NCBI GenBank assembly: GCA_036257435.1
Contig: DATAFN010000233.1
Coordinates: 1-37,033, forward strand
Length of the DNA stretch: 37,033 bases
Source of the DNA: Actinomycetes bacterium
Lineage (GTDB): Bacteria > Actinomycetota > Actinomycetes > JAKEEW01
Reading direction: 5' to 3'
Numbering within the stretch: position 1 is the first letter of the stretch; every line of letters starts with the position of its first letter. The notes below the pieces were generated by a model. It worked only from the letters and a program-made list of their open reading frames with translations, was not told the DNA's origin and searched no databases. Of this stretch, positions 18,728-28,590 are shown piece after piece. The translations under genes and the position numbers were made by a program.

Positions 18728-19603
18728 CTAACGCGCAACCGGATCGCTGCCGATTCCGGCCGCTCGCTCGGCGGCTTCGACCACGTTCAGTAGCAGCATC
18801 GCCCGGGTCATCGGTCCGACGCCACCCGGCACCGGGGACAGCCAGCCGGCGACTTCGCGCACCTCGGGCGCAACGTCGCCGATCAGCCCGTCCGGGGACC
18901 GGGTCAGTCCGACGTCAACCACGACCGCACCAGGCTTGATCATGTCGGCAGTCAGGATCCCCGGCACGCCGGTCGCGACGACGACGATATCGGCCTGTCT
19001 GGTGTGCGCAGGAATGTCCTTGGTGCCGGTATGGCAAAGCGTGACGGTCGAGTTCTCCGACCGGCGGGTCAGCAGCAGTCCGAGCGGCCGGCCGACCGTG
19101 ATCCCGCGGCCGAGCACGCAAACCGTGGCACCGGCCGGCTCGATGCCGTACCGGCGCAGCAGCGTGACGATGCCGCGCGGCGTGCACGGCAACGGGGCCG
19201 GCTCGTTCAGCACCAGCCGGCCCAGGTTGATCGGGTGCAGCCCATCGGCGTCCTTGCCCGGATCCATCAGCTCCAGCACGGCCGTCTCGCGGACCTGGCC
19301 GGGCAACGGCAGCTGCACGATGAATCCGGTGCAGCGCGGGTCTTCGTTGAGCGCGCGGACCGCGGCCTCGACGTCCGCCTGGGAGGCATCGACCGGCAGG
19401 TCGTAGCGAAGGCTGGTGATCCCGACCGCGGCACAGTCGCGGTGCTTGCCGGCCACGTAGGCCAGGCTGCCCGGGTCCTCCCCAACGAGCACGGTGCCCA
19501 GGCCCGGTGTCACGCCAAGCTCAGCGAGCCGGGCGACGCGCAGCTTGAGGTTGGCTCGGATCTCGGCCGCGGTGGCCTTGCCGTCAAGGATTTGCGCACT
19601 CAC
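18728..19603 (-). CDS. folD: Bifunctional 5,10-methylenetetrahydrofolate dehydrogenase / methenyl-THF cyclohydrolase
   Basis: (V)[73 protein letters not shown] are the FolD signature blocks. GTG start at 19603. Confidence 0.93.
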   Translation of the reverse strand: MSAQILDGKATAAEIRANLKLRVARLAELGVTPGLGTVLVGEDPGSLAYVAGKHRDCAAVGITSLRYDLPVDASQADVEAAVRALNEDPRCTGFIVQLPLPGQVRETAVLELMDPGKDADGLHPINLGRLVLNEPAPLPCTPRGIVTLLRRYGIEPAGATVCVLGRGITVGRPLGLLLTRRSENSTVTLCHTGTKDIPAHTRQADIVVVATGVPGILTADMIKPGAVVVDVGLTRSPDGLIGDVAPEVREVAGWLSPVPGGVGPMTRAMLLLNVVEAAERAAGIGSDPVAR

Positions 19604-19690
19604 AGAGGTTCAGTCTCCCATACCGGTGGTACTGGTCATCGCGCCTTTGGGCCCGCACCATGACCATCAAGCGCAGCCCCCTGGCCGTGC

Positions 19691-20290
19691 CTACACGTCG
19701 ACAATGGCACCGTACGAGCCGACCAGCTGCACCGCCTGGGCCAGGTCGAGCCGCACGCCGGTCAGATCCAGGTTCCGCAGATCGACCGCCTCGACGTCGG
19801 CTTCGCGCAGGTCGAGCCCGGCCGTCACCGCCTCATCGAACCGCGCATAGCCGAGGTCGCAGCGGCGCAGGCCGGTGCCGCGCAGATCAGCCATGGACAG
19901 ATCGGCCCCGTGTAGGCGGACTCCAGTCAGGTCGAGCCCGGACAGGTCCTGGCCCCGCAGCGAGACGTACGACCAGTCGCCACCCTCGACCCGCAACGGC
20001 TTGAGCACGCACGGACCTTCGAACACCGAGCCGACCAGCTTGCAGCCGGCCAGGCGAGCGGCGAACAACGAGGTGCGCAGGAACCGGCAATGCAGGAACG
20101 CGGTGCTCACGTGATCGGACGCGTTCAGCCGCACCCCGGAAAAGTCGCATTCCTCGAAGACCACCTGCTCGGTGACGAGCTCGAGCAGGTCCGCATCGCC
20201 GAACGCGCACCGCTCGAACCGGTGCCCGGCCAGGTGTCTACCCGACCAGTCGACGCCGCGGTAGTCACCCTCGCGGTGGATGTCGGCCAT
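19691..20290 (-). CDS. mfpA: Pentapeptide-repeat protein of the MfpA/Qnr (DNA-mimic, gyrase-protecting) type
   Basis: 199 aa of A(D/N)LxX-type repeats. FEECDFSGVRLNAS, STAFLHCRFLRTSLFAARLAGCKLVGSVF and LRGQDLSGLDLTGVRLHGADL run parallel to the M. tuberculosis MfpA sequence as I recall it. The size matches MfpA/Qnr. The ATG overlaps the purH TGA by 1 nt (TGATG). Confidence 0.8.
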   Translation of the reverse strand: MADIHREGDYRGVDWSGRHLAGHRFERCAFGDADLLELVTEQVVFEECDFSGVRLNASDHVSTAFLHCRFLRTSLFAARLAGCKLVGSVFEGPCVLKPLRVEGGDWSYVSLRGQDLSGLDLTGVRLHGADLSMADLRGTGLRRCDLGYARFDEAVTAGLDLREADVEAVDLRNLDLTGVRLDLAQAVQLVGSYGAIVDV

Positions 20291-21864
20291 CAGTGCGCGA
20301 AGTGCCGGACGCCGGTGAGGTACATGGTGATCCCGGTCTGCTCGGCGGCGGCGATCACCTCGGCATCGCGGACCGATCCGCCCGGTTGGACCACCGCCGA
20401 GACGCCGGCCTCGGCGAGAATCAGCAGTCCGTCAGGGAACGGGAAGAACGCATCCGAGGCGGCCACCGCACCGGCCGCCCGCTCCCCGGCCCGGTCCACC
20501 GCGAGGCGGGCCGCATCGACCCGGTTGACCTGGCCCATCCCGATCCCGACCGTTGCTCCGCCGGACACGAGGACGATCGCGTTGGACTTGACCGCCCGCG
20601 CGGCCCGCCAGCCGAACGCCAGATCGGCCAGCCGCTCCGGTTGGGCGGCCGGGCCGACGGCGAGCCGCCAGGAGGCCGGGTCATCGCCGGCGGCGTCGAT
20701 CCGGTCCACTGTCTGCAGCAGCATCCCCCCGTCGATCTTCCGGTAGTCGAGTTGGCTCGCGACGCCGCGGCTGGTGCAGCGCAACAGCCTGATGTTCTTC
20801 TTCGCGGTCAGCACAGCGAGCGCGCCGGGCTCGAATTCGGGTGCACACACGACCTCGGTGAACACCTCGGCGACCTGCTCAGCCATGGCCGCCGAGACCG
20901 GGCGGTTCGTCGCGATCACCCCGCCGAACGCGCTGACCGGATCGCAGGCATGCGCCTTGCGGTGCGCCGCGGCGATGTCCGGCCCGACCGCGATGCCGCA
21001 CGGGTTTGCATGCTTGACGATGGCCACGCAGGGCTCGCCGAAGTCGTGCGCCGCGCGCCAGGCGGCGTCGGTGTCGACGTAGTTGTTGTACGACATCTGC
21101 CTGCCGTGTAGCTGGTCGGCGCCGGCCAGCCCGGGCAGTCCAGTCGGTCCGGTCGCCTGCCCCGCGTCGACGTACAGCGCGGCCTGCTGGTGCGGGTTCT
21201 CGCCGTAGCGCAACACCGCGGAGCGGGTCAGCACGAGGCCGGCGAAACCGGGCCAGCCGTCGGCGGCCGGCGCGAGCGTGCCGCTCATCCAATCGGCCAC
21301 GATCAGGTCGTAGGCGGCGACGTGCGCGAACGCGACCGCGGCCAGTACGGCCCGATCGGCCCGGGTGAACCCACCGGCCTCAACCGCGGCCAGCACCGCG
21401 GGATAGCCGGCCGGATCGACTACGACCGCTACCGAGCCGTGATTCTTGGCCGCCGCCCGCACCATGGCCGGCCCGCCGATGTCGATCTGCTCGACGCTCT
21501 CATCGGGGGTCGCGCCCGCGGCGACCGTCGCGGCGAACGGATACAGGTTGGACGCGAGCAAGTCGAACGGTTCGATGCCGAGCTCGGCCAGAGCCTTGAC
21601 GTGCGCCGGGTTGGCCCGATCCGCGAGCAGTCCGGCATGCACCGCCGGGTGCAGCGTCTTCACCCGGCCGTCCAGGCACTCGGGGAAGCCGGTCACGTCC
21701 TCGACCAGCGTGACCGGCATGCCTGCTGCCGCGATGGCGGCGGCGGTGGAGCCGGTCGAGACCAGCTGGATCCCGGCCGCGGCCAGGCCGGCCGCCAGCT
21801 CGGGCAGACCGGTCTTGTCGTACACGCTGAGCAGCGCCCGCCGGATGGGCTGTCTATCGCTCAT
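20290..21864 (-). CDS. purH: Bifunctional AICAR formyltransferase / IMP cyclohydrolase
   Basis: ATG 21864 gives 524 aa, [40 protein letters not shown].. The upstream part of the 564-aa track ORF overlaps purN. Confidence 0.95.
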   Translation of the reverse strand: MSDRQPIRRALLSVYDKTGLPELAAGLAAAGIQLVSTGSTAAAIAAAGMPVTLVEDVTGFPECLDGRVKTLHPAVHAGLLADRANPAHVKALAELGIEPFDLLASNLYPFAATVAAGATPDESVEQIDIGGPAMVRAAAKNHGSVAVVVDPAGYPAVLAAVEAGGFTRADRAVLAAVAFAHVAAYDLIVADWMSGTLAPAADGWPGFAGLVLTRSAVLRYGENPHQQAALYVDAGQATGPTGLPGLAGADQLHGRQMSYNNYVDTDAAWRAAHDFGEPCVAIVKHANPCGIAVGPDIAAAHRKAHACDPVSAFGGVIATNRPVSAAMAEQVAEVFTEVVCAPEFEPGALAVLTAKKNIRLLRCTSRGVASQLDYRKIDGGMLLQTVDRIDAAGDDPASWRLAVGPAAQPERLADLAFGWRAARAVKSNAIVLVSGGATVGIGMGQVNRVDAARLAVDRAGERAAGAVAASDAFFPFPDGLLILAEAGVSAVVQPGGSVRDAEVIAAAEQTGITMYLTGVRHFAH

Positions 21865-22489
21865 GTACCGATACCCTCCTGCCGTCCACGCTCCAGCCGG
21901 CCCGGGCCAGCCGACCCACCGTGTCCACGAGCAGCCCGCGCTCGACCGACTTGATCCGCTCGTGCAGGCCGGCCTCGTCGTCACCGTCCAGTACCGGCAC
22001 CGCCGCTTGGGCGATGACCGGGCCGGCGTCCACTCCCGAGTCGACCAGATGCACGGTCACTCCGGTGATCTTCACGCCGTAGTCGAGCGCGTCCCGGACC
22101 GCGTGCGTACCGGGGAACGCGGGTTGCAGGGACGGATGGGTATTGATGGTCCGGTCGCCGAACTTTGCCAGAAAAGCCGGACCGACGATCTTCATGAACC
22201 CGGCCAGCACCACCAGATCCGGGTTGAATGCGGACACTTCGGCGGTCAGCGCCCGGTCCCACGCCGCGCGGTCCGGATGGACCTCGGTGCGGACCACGAA
22301 CATCGGCACGCCAGCCTCGGCGGCGCGATCCAGCGCCGGGATACCCGACCGGTCCGCGCCGACAGCGACCACCGCCGCCGGATAGCCGGGGTCCGCGGCG
22401 GCAGCGAGCAACGCGGCCAGGTTCGAGCCGGTGCCGGAGACCAGCACGACCAGGCGTGCCGGAACCGAGGGCGCAGGACCCACGGACAC
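21854..22489 (-). CDS. purN: Phosphoribosylglycinamide formyltransferase
   Basis: [58 protein letters not shown] are the PurN formyltransferase motifs, including the catalytic N-x-H and D. The start lies among three close GTGs; 22489 has GGGAG 6 nt upstream. The gene overlaps the purH start by 11 nt. Confidence 0.9.
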   Translation of the reverse strand: MSVGPAPSVPARLVVLVSGTGSNLAALLAAAADPGYPAAVVAVGADRSGIPALDRAAEAGVPMFVVRTEVHPDRAAWDRALTAEVSAFNPDLVVLAGFMKIVGPAFLAKFGDRTINTHPSLQPAFPGTHAVRDALDYGVKITGVTVHLVDSGVDAGPVIAQAAVPVLDGDDEAGLHERIKSVERGLLVDTVGRLARAGWSVDGRRVSVHER

Positions 22490-22652
22490 GTCCACTCCCT
22501 TGCCGCAATCGTGGAGCAACGATCGCCGACACCTTAGCGATCCCGGGTGAACGGCAGATTCCCGGACTGACGGTATTGGTCTTGACCCCGGCACCCGGTC
22601 CCGCCAGGATGAGCGCGCCCGAGTCGGATCAACACGAACGGGGTGGATCGGA

Positions 22653-23096
22653 GTGCAGCCGGCATTCTCGGCATATCAGCAGGTGAGCGGTGTTTTACGA
22701 CGTGCCGCTGCCGAGCGGATGAGCCGTGTTTGGCGGCACGGAACCGAAGCGGTTCTGATCCGGGCCGCGCTTCTGGTCGCGATCGGCGCGGTCGCCGCGC
22801 GGCTGCACGCTGTGCACGATCCGGGCGTGGTTTGCCCGCTGCGCCTGCTCACCGGGGTCCCCTGCCCGTTCTGCGGCTCCACGACCGCGGTCATGGACCT
22901 GGGCAGCGGTGACCTGACCAATGCGGTCCGGGCTCAGCCGATGACGGTGCTCGCGGCCGGGGTGCTGGTCACCGCGCCGGCCGGCTGGTACCGCAGGTGG
23001 GGTTATCTGCGCTACCGGCACCGGGTGGTGCTACTGCTCGGCGCGGTCGCCCTCTCCTGGATCTACCAGGTGGTCCGGCTCGGCGTCATCGGATAA
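22653..23096 (+). CDS. DUF2752-family small membrane protein
   Basis: CPLRLLTGVPCPFCGSTTA (a CxxR..CPxCG zinc-ribbon-like motif characteristic of DUF2752) is followed by hydrophobic helices. The start is uncertain: GTG 22653 or ATG 22719. Confidence 0.7.
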   Translation: MQPAFSAYQQVSGVLRRAAAERMSRVWRHGTEAVLIRAALLVAIGAVAARLHAVHDPGVVCPLRLLTGVPCPFCGSTTAVMDLGSGDLTNAVRAQPMTVLAAGVLVTAPAGWYRRWGYLRYRHRVVLLLGAVALSWIYQVVRLGVIG

Positions 23097-23138
23097 ACCC
23101 CACTCCCGGCGCTACGTCTGGGTAACTCAGGAGGAAAT

Positions 23139-23627
23139 ATGTCCTATCCGAGCGATCCGGCCTTCTCCCACTCTCCGGGCACGCCCCCGTATGGAGGCCC
23201 GCCACCGGGCGTCGAGCTCGCGCACTGGGGCTTACGGTTCCTCGCCTGGCTCATCGACTCCGCTCCGGCGTGGGTCCTCGTCCTGATCGGCATCGCGCTG
23301 GACGGCCCGAGGACCAATGCGGATGGCACGACGACCGGCATGGGCTCCGTCTACCTCTTCTTTCTCCTGCTTGCGACGGCGTGGGCGCTCTACATGTCCT
23401 ACTTGACCGGAAGTCGCGGGCAGTCCATCGGCAAGCGGGTCATCAACATCAAGGTCGTCAGAGAGCAGGACGGCCAGGTCATCGGCGGTGGGCTCGGCAT
23501 AGCCCGATATTTCATCCACATCGTTGACGCTTTGCCGTGCGGGCTGGGCTACCTCTGGCCGCTGTGGGATTCCAAGAAGCAGACGTTCACCGACAAGATC
23601 ATGGGCACGCTCGCCATCAAGGTCTGA
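23139..23627 (+). CDS. RDD-family membrane protein with Pro/Gly/Tyr-rich N-terminus
   Basis: 162 aa. A near-perfect SD (AGGAGGAAAT) precedes the ATG. WGLRFLAWLIDS..SIGKRVINIKV..FTDKIMGTLAI follows the R..D..D pattern of RDD proteins. Confidence 0.8.
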   Translation: MSYPSDPAFSHSPGTPPYGGPPPGVELAHWGLRFLAWLIDSAPAWVLVLIGIALDGPRTNADGTTTGMGSVYLFFLLLATAWALYMSYLTGSRGQSIGKRVINIKVVREQDGQVIGGGLGIARYFIHIVDALPCGLGYLWPLWDSKKQTFTDKIMGTLAIKV

Positions 23628-23840
23628 GCCCGTCTCCGGGGGCCGGCGGTTACCTAGCCGCTGACCTCCGATGTGTGAACCGCGGGGGCCGACGACCCGC
23701 CGGGTACCGATCCGCGGGAAGGAGCGTGATCGGTGGTAATCGGCGAGTAACTTGGCCGGCACCGGAGATAATGCCGGATCTTCGCCGGTCCGGGCCCGGG
23801 CCGCAGCGCACTGGAACCGCACAGGCCGAGGAGGTCGCCC

Positions 23841-24359
23841 GTGTCGACGCCCACCGGATCGGAACCACCGCCGGACGATTTCTGGGCCAAACGACCCCAG
23901 CCGCCGGCGCCGTCGCAGCCGCCCGCCGCGAGCGAACCCGGCCGGCCGGCCACGCCCGCGGGCTATCCGCAGCCAGGCGGCGGCTATCCGACGCCGGGAG
24001 GGCCTCCGCCCGGCTGGGGACAGCGCATGCCCCGCAACGGTCTCGGCATCGCCGCGCTGGTGCTCGGCATTCTGGCGATCCCGGCCGCGCTCAGCGGCGC
24101 GGGCGGCGTCATCCTCGGCACGGTCGGTCTGATCCTCGGCATCGTTGCGATCAACCGGGCCAGGCGTGGTGAGGCGACCAACCGAGGGGTGGCGGTGGCC
24201 GGAACCGTGCTGTCGGTCATCGGGGTGCTTCTCGGAATCCTGGTGACCGTCCTCTGGGCGGTGTTCATCAACAAGTACTGGGAGTGCCTAGATCCGGACA
24301 ACCCCATGACCCGGAGCCAACGGGAGGCCTGCTTCGACCGCGTCGATCAGAGCGGCTAG
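23841..24359 (+). CDS. DUF4190-like small membrane protein with Pro/Gly/Tyr-rich N-terminus
   Basis: 172 aa. An SD (GAGGAGG) lies 6 nt before the GTG. The N-terminus reads GYPQPGGGYPTPGGPPPGW. Two glycine-zipper-like helices follow (GIAALVLGILAIPAAL.., GVAVAGTVLSVIGVLLGILV), then a Cys-containing tail. Confidence 0.7.
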   Translation: MSTPTGSEPPPDDFWAKRPQPPAPSQPPAASEPGRPATPAGYPQPGGGYPTPGGPPPGWGQRMPRNGLGIAALVLGILAIPAALSGAGGVILGTVGLILGIVAINRARRGEATNRGVAVAGTVLSVIGVLLGILVTVLWAVFINKYWECLDPDNPMTRSQREACFDRVDQSG

Positions 24360-24443
24360 CCCCCTACCGCCTCGCTTGGGCGGGCCAGTACCGTACCGTC
24401 CACCATGCCTGCCCCGGCGGCAAGACCGGAAAGAGGGCGAGCG

Positions 24444-25013
24444 ATGTTCTGGCGGGACCGGAGGGTGCTCCTGGCCCTGGGCGCGACGGCTGTGATGGGG
24501 CTGCTGTTCGGCATGATCCTGGCCACGTTGACCAGCGGCGGGGACGGATCGTCCCAGGCCGGACAGGCGGTCAACACCGGCACGTCCAACCCGTCCGAGT
24601 CGGAATCGGCCGCGAGTTCCGCGCCGGCATCACCGCCCCCGACCGATCTTCGGAATCCGGACTACGGCTACCTCACCGTGGTGCGCACGGGTGACCAGAC
24701 GGTGCTGGTGTTCGACCGGGTGGACTTTCTGACCGGCGAGGAAGCCAGGCAGCGGTGGGAGGAAGACGGCGGCGAGCCGCTCGACTACTACATCAGCAAC
24801 GTGAACAAGCGGCTCCGGGATCGGGTCGTGGCCGCGGACGTCAAGGTGTTCGGTAGCCAGCGGCTCACCGGGGCACCGCCGGAGCAGGAAATCGAGCCCG
24901 ACCAGCTGTTTGGCTACGTCAACAGCGGCGACGGCACGGACATGCTGGTCAGACTGCGCTACAACAAGGAGACCGGCGAGGTGATCGAGATCAAAGAGGT
25001 CTACCTCCCGTAG
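24444..25013 (+). CDS. Hypothetical membrane-anchored protein (single N-terminal TM, Ser-rich linker, about 130-aa unknown domain)
   Basis: ATG 24444 has GGAAAGAGGG upstream; ATG 24405 is an alternative. The TM segment VLLALGATAVMGLLFGMILATL is followed by the low-complexity stretch SNPSESESAASSAPASPPP and then a globular region with no motif I recognise. Confidence 0.5.
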   Translation: MFWRDRRVLLALGATAVMGLLFGMILATLTSGGDGSSQAGQAVNTGTSNPSESESAASSAPASPPPTDLRNPDYGYLTVVRTGDQTVLVFDRVDFLTGEEARQRWEEDGGEPLDYYISNVNKRLRDRVVAADVKVFGSQRLTGAPPEQEIEPDQLFGYVNSGDGTDMLVRLRYNKETGEVIEIKEVYLP

Positions 25014-25041
25014 GACCCCACTCGGCGCGCGACAAGCCGGC

Positions 25042-26481
25042 CTAGGAGCCGCCGGCCTCGCCCACCGCTACCCGGACCCCGCCGCTGAGCAGCGAGTCGT
25101 GCAGCTCCATCGAGTCCGGGGTGGCCGACTCGGGCACGTCGAAGACCAGCAGGCCATGTGCGGTTTGCTCCGGATTGAGCTGGGTGTTGATCAGGTTGGC
25201 CGAGCCGTTGGCGGCCATCGTGGCCAGCACACTTGCCGAGAACTCCCGGTCTCCGTCCCGCAGCTTCTGGTTGACGATCGAGAACGTGCGGGGATCGTTC
25301 TTGACGTTGCGCACGTTGAGCGTAACGACGCAGTACTGACCGTGCGCGGTCTGCCGGAACAGCGGCGGACCGATCGAGGATTCGCCGCACACCAGCTTGT
25401 CGACCACAAACTCGAGGTTGCCGTCCCGCACCGGATCACCAATCCCGGGCGGGGGTTTGGCGGCAGGCCGGCCACGGTCATCCAGCGCGCCGAGCACAAG
25501 GACGACCCCGAGGAACGCGATCGCCGCGATCAGCACCCGCCGACCGCGCTTCGGCCGGCCGGGCGGCTTGGACGCCGGCTCGGCGGAGTAGATCCTGGTC
25601 GGCACGAGCGTACTATCGGCCTGCGCTGCGGCCGGATTCGGCTGGGCCACCGGGACCGGGACCGTATCGGCCGAGCCTTGCAGCACGGATTGCAGCTGGT
25701 GCCGCAGCCGGTCGGCCGTGGTGCGACGGTCGGGATCCTTTACCAGCAACCCGGCCAGCACCGGCGTCAGCGGTCCGGCTCGCTCCGGTCGCCGCGGATC
25801 GACCGAAACGATCGCACGCAGGGTCGCGACGGTGCCGTCCTCGTCGAACGGCGGCACTCCCTCCACCGCGTAGTACATCGTCGCGCCGAGACCCCACAGG
25901 TCGGTTGCCGGCCCGGTGCGTCCGCCCCCCGCCTGCTCCGGGGACATGAACGGCAGCGAGCCCATCGGGCCGGTCCGGGTCCGCTGTGTCTCCTCCTGTA
26001 TCGACGCGATCCCGAAGTCCGCCAGCTTGACCCGGCCGGACGCGGCGACCATGACGTTGCGCGGCTTGACGTCGCGGTGCACGATCCCCGCCTCGTGGGC
26101 GGCCACCAGCGCGTCCAGCAGCTCGAGCCCGACCGTGGCCACTCGCAGCGGCGAGCCCGGCCCGCTCGCGCGAACGATGTCGCGCAAGGTCAGCGCCTCG
26201 ACCAGCTCCATGACCAGGTAGAGCCGGCCGCCGTCGTCGACCACGTCGTACAGGGTGACGACGTTCGGATGGTTGAGCCTGGCGGCCACCCTGGCCTCGC
26301 GCATCGCGCGCTCGCGTACAGCGGTGTGATCGTGGTTAGGTAGCTCGATCTCCTTGACCGCGACCGGGCGGCCGAGCAGCGTGTCCTCGGCACGCCAGAC
26401 CACCCCCATTCCGCCACGGCCGAGCACGGAGTCGAGGGAGTAGCGGCCGGCAATCCGCCGGAAGGCCGGGTGTGCTGGCAT
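25042..26481 (-). CDS. Transmembrane Ser/Thr protein kinase with extracellular DUF4352-like domain
   Basis: GRGGMGVVWRA, VAVKEI, HRDVKPRNVMV, DFG and SPEQ are Hanks-type catalytic motifs, all intact. A Pro-rich linker, the TM segment VLIAAIAFLGVVLVLGAL and a C-terminal beta-rich region follow (NLEFVVDKLVCG..GQYCVVTLNVRNVKNDPRTF..HGLLVFDVP). Confidence 0.9.
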   Translation of the reverse strand: MPAHPAFRRIAGRYSLDSVLGRGGMGVVWRAEDTLLGRPVAVKEIELPNHDHTAVRERAMREARVAARLNHPNVVTLYDVVDDGGRLYLVMELVEALTLRDIVRASGPGSPLRVATVGLELLDALVAAHEAGIVHRDVKPRNVMVAASGRVKLADFGIASIQEETQRTRTGPMGSLPFMSPEQAGGGRTGPATDLWGLGATMYYAVEGVPPFDEDGTVATLRAIVSVDPRRPERAGPLTPVLAGLLVKDPDRRTTADRLRHQLQSVLQGSADTVPVPVAQPNPAAAQADSTLVPTRIYSAEPASKPPGRPKRGRRVLIAAIAFLGVVLVLGALDDRGRPAAKPPPGIGDPVRDGNLEFVVDKLVCGESSIGPPLFRQTAHGQYCVVTLNVRNVKNDPRTFSIVNQKLRDGDREFSASVLATMAANGSANLINTQLNPEQTAHGLLVFDVPESATPDSMELHDSLLSGGVRVAVGEAGGS

Positions 26482-26492
26482 CGCAGACCATG

Positions 26493-27371
26493 CTAGTGAG
26501 CGGACTGGGCCATGACCTCGCGCATGAGCCGTGCGGTCTCGCTGGGGGTCCTACCGACCCGCACGCCGACCGCCTCGAGCGCTTCCTGCTTGGCCTGCGC
26601 GGTGCCCGACGACCCGGACACGATCGCGCCGGCGTGGCCCATTGTCTTGCCCTCCGGCGCAGTGAATCCGGCCACGTAACCGACCACCGGCTTGGACAGG
26701 TTCGCCTTGATGTAGTCGGCGGCCCGCTCCTCGGCATCACCACCGATCTCGCCGATCAGCACGATCGCGTCGGTGTCCGGATCGGCTTGGAACGCGGCCA
26801 GGCAGTCGATGTGGGTGGTGCCGATCACCGGGTCGCCGCCGATCCCCACGCAGGTGGAGAACCCGATGTCGCGCAGCTCGTACATCATCTGATAGGTCAG
26901 CGTGCCGGACTTGCTGACCAGGCCGATCCGCCCCGGCTTGGTGATGTTGGCCGGGATGATGCCGGCGTTGGACTGGCCGGGGCTGATCACGCCCGGACAG
27001 TTCGGTCCCACGATCCGGGTGCCGCCCCCCGCCTGGGCGTAGGCGAAGAACGACGCGGTGTCGTGCACCGGGATACCTTCAGTGATCACCACGCACAGTG
27101 GAACACCGGCGTCGACCGCCTCGATTACGGCGGACCTGGCGAACTTCGGTGGCACGAACACCACCGACACATCGGCACCGGTCGCCTCCGCGGCTTCCTT
27201 CACGCTGTCGAAGACCGGGATGCCGTCCAAGCTCTGGCCGCCCTTGCCCGGGGTGACCCCGGCGACCACGCGGCTGCCCGAAGTCACCATCCGGCGAGTG
27301 TGCTTGGTGCCCTCGGATCCGGTCATGCCCTGGACCAGGATCCTACTCTGCCCGTTGAGGAAGATCGACAT
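26493..27371 (-). CDS. sucD: Succinate--CoA ligase (ADP-forming) subunit alpha
   Basis: [42 protein letters not shown] includes the phosphohistidine loop. 292 aa. Confidence 0.96.
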   Translation of the reverse strand: MSIFLNGQSRILVQGMTGSEGTKHTRRMVTSGSRVVAGVTPGKGGQSLDGIPVFDSVKEAAEATGADVSVVFVPPKFARSAVIEAVDAGVPLCVVITEGIPVHDTASFFAYAQAGGGTRIVGPNCPGVISPGQSNAGIIPANITKPGRIGLVSKSGTLTYQMMYELRDIGFSTCVGIGGDPVIGTTHIDCLAAFQADPDTDAIVLIGEIGGDAEERAADYIKANLSKPVVGYVAGFTAPEGKTMGHAGAIVSGSSGTAQAKQEALEAVGVRVGRTPSETARLMREVMAQSAH

Positions 27372-27408
27372 CGATTCGCCGTGCCCTTCTACCCGTCCCG
27401 CGATCGAG

Positions 27409-28590
27409 CTACCGTGCGACGGCCGCTAGCTCGGCCGCGCGCCGTGCGGCGCCGTCCATGGTGTCTACCAGCTCGACGACGTCGTGCTCGGCTTCGTCGA
27501 GGATCCGCCGGCCTTCCTCGGCGTTGTTTCCGTCCAGCCGGACCACGAGCGGCATGGTGATCGCCTCGCCACGCGCCTTGAGCATCTCGATCGCCGCGAT
27601 GATGCCGTTGGCGACCTCATCGCACGCGGTGATGCCGCCGAACACGTTGACGAACACACTGCGCACCGATGGATCCGACAGGATGATCTCCAGCCCGTTC
27701 GCCATCACCTGTGCGGACGCGCCGCCGCCGATATCGAGGAAGTTCGCCGGCTTCACCCCGCCGAACTCCTGGCCCGCGTACGCCACGACATCCAGCGTGG
27801 ACATGACCAGACCGGCACCGTTGCCGATGATCCCAACCGCACCGTCCAGCTTCACGTAGTTGAGGTCCTTCTCCTTGGCTCGCGCCTCGAGCGGGTCCAC
27901 CGCGTGCGTGTCCGCGTATGCCTGGAATACGTCCGCGTGCCGGAAGTCCGCGTTGTCGTCCAGGGTGACCTTCGCGTCGAGCGCGACGATGCGCCCATCG
28001 GCGGTCTTGACCAGGGGGTTCACCTCGACCAGCGTGGCGTCCTCGGCAACGAACACGCCCCAGAGCTGGATCAGCACGGACGCGACCTGGTCCCGCACAT
28101 CGACCGGGAAGTTCGCCGCGGCGACGATCTCGGCCGCCTTGGCCACGTCGACACCGGTCAGCGCGTCGATCGGCAGCTTGGCCAGTGCCTCGGGCTTCTC
28201 GGCGGCCACTTGCTCGATGTCCATCCCGCCCTCGACCGAGGCCATCGCGAGGAACGTCCGGTTCGCCCGGTCGAGCAGATACGAGGCGTAGTACTCGGCA
28301 GCGATGTCCGCGGTTTCCGCGAGCATCACCTTGCGGACGACGTGGCCCTTGATCTCCATGCCGAGGATCTCGCGCGCCCGCTCCGCGGCCTCGTCCGGGT
28401 TCGCGGCCAGTTTGATGCCGCCGGCCTTGCCCCGCCCCCCCGTCTTGACCTGGGCCTTGACCACGACCGGGCGACCGATCCTGGCCGCTGCTTCGCGCGC
28501 CTCCTCGGGCGTGCCGGCAACCGCGCCATCGAGCACGGGCACGCCGTGCTTGTCGAAGACTTCCCTCGCCTGGAACTCGAACAGGTCCAC
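27409..28590 (-). CDS. sucC: Succinate--CoA ligase (ADP-forming) subunit beta
   Basis: GTG 28590 gives (V)[46 protein letters not shown]-type motifs. About 393 aa. The longer track ORF adds a non-family N-terminal extension. Confidence 0.95.
   Translation of the reverse strand: MDLFEFQAREVFDKHGVPVLDGAVAGTPEEAREAAARIGRPVVVKAQVKTGGRGKAGGIKLAANPDEAAERAREILGMEIKGHVVRKVMLAETADIAAEYYASYLLDRANRTFLAMASVEGGMDIEQVAAEKPEALAKLPIDALTGVDVAKAAEIVAAANFPVDVRDQVASVLIQLWGVFVAEDATLVEVNPLVKTADGRIVALDAKVTLDDNADFRHADVFQAYADTHAVDPLEARAKEKDLNYVKLDGAVGIIGNGAGLVMSTLDVVAYAGQEFGGVKPANFLDIGGGASAQVMANGLEIILSDPSVRSVFVNVFGGITACDEVANGIIAAIEMLKARGEAITMPLVVRLDGNNAEEGRRILDEAEHDVVELVDTMDGAARRAAELAAVAR

Noticed and set aside
19604-19690. 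A possible ZTP (pfl) riboswitch upstream of folD. I also checked 22490..22652 upstream of purN, since folD/purH are classic ZTP-regulated genes.
   Set aside because: I could not find the conserved cores I remember, on the transcribed strand of either spacer: a GACUGGCG-like 5' subdomain and a CCGCCUGGGC-like 3' pseudoknot partner. An Infernal/Rfam scan would be the decisive check.
23628-23840. The 213-nt gap between the RDD and DUF4190-like genes was examined for a small ORF, a riboswitch or a terminator.
   Set aside because: I found only short weak hairpins (CCCG-tctc-CGGG, CCGGCA-n10-TGCCGG) and a 19-codon ATG ORF without an SD. Nothing matches a motif I know. This is most likely an ordinary promoter/leader region.
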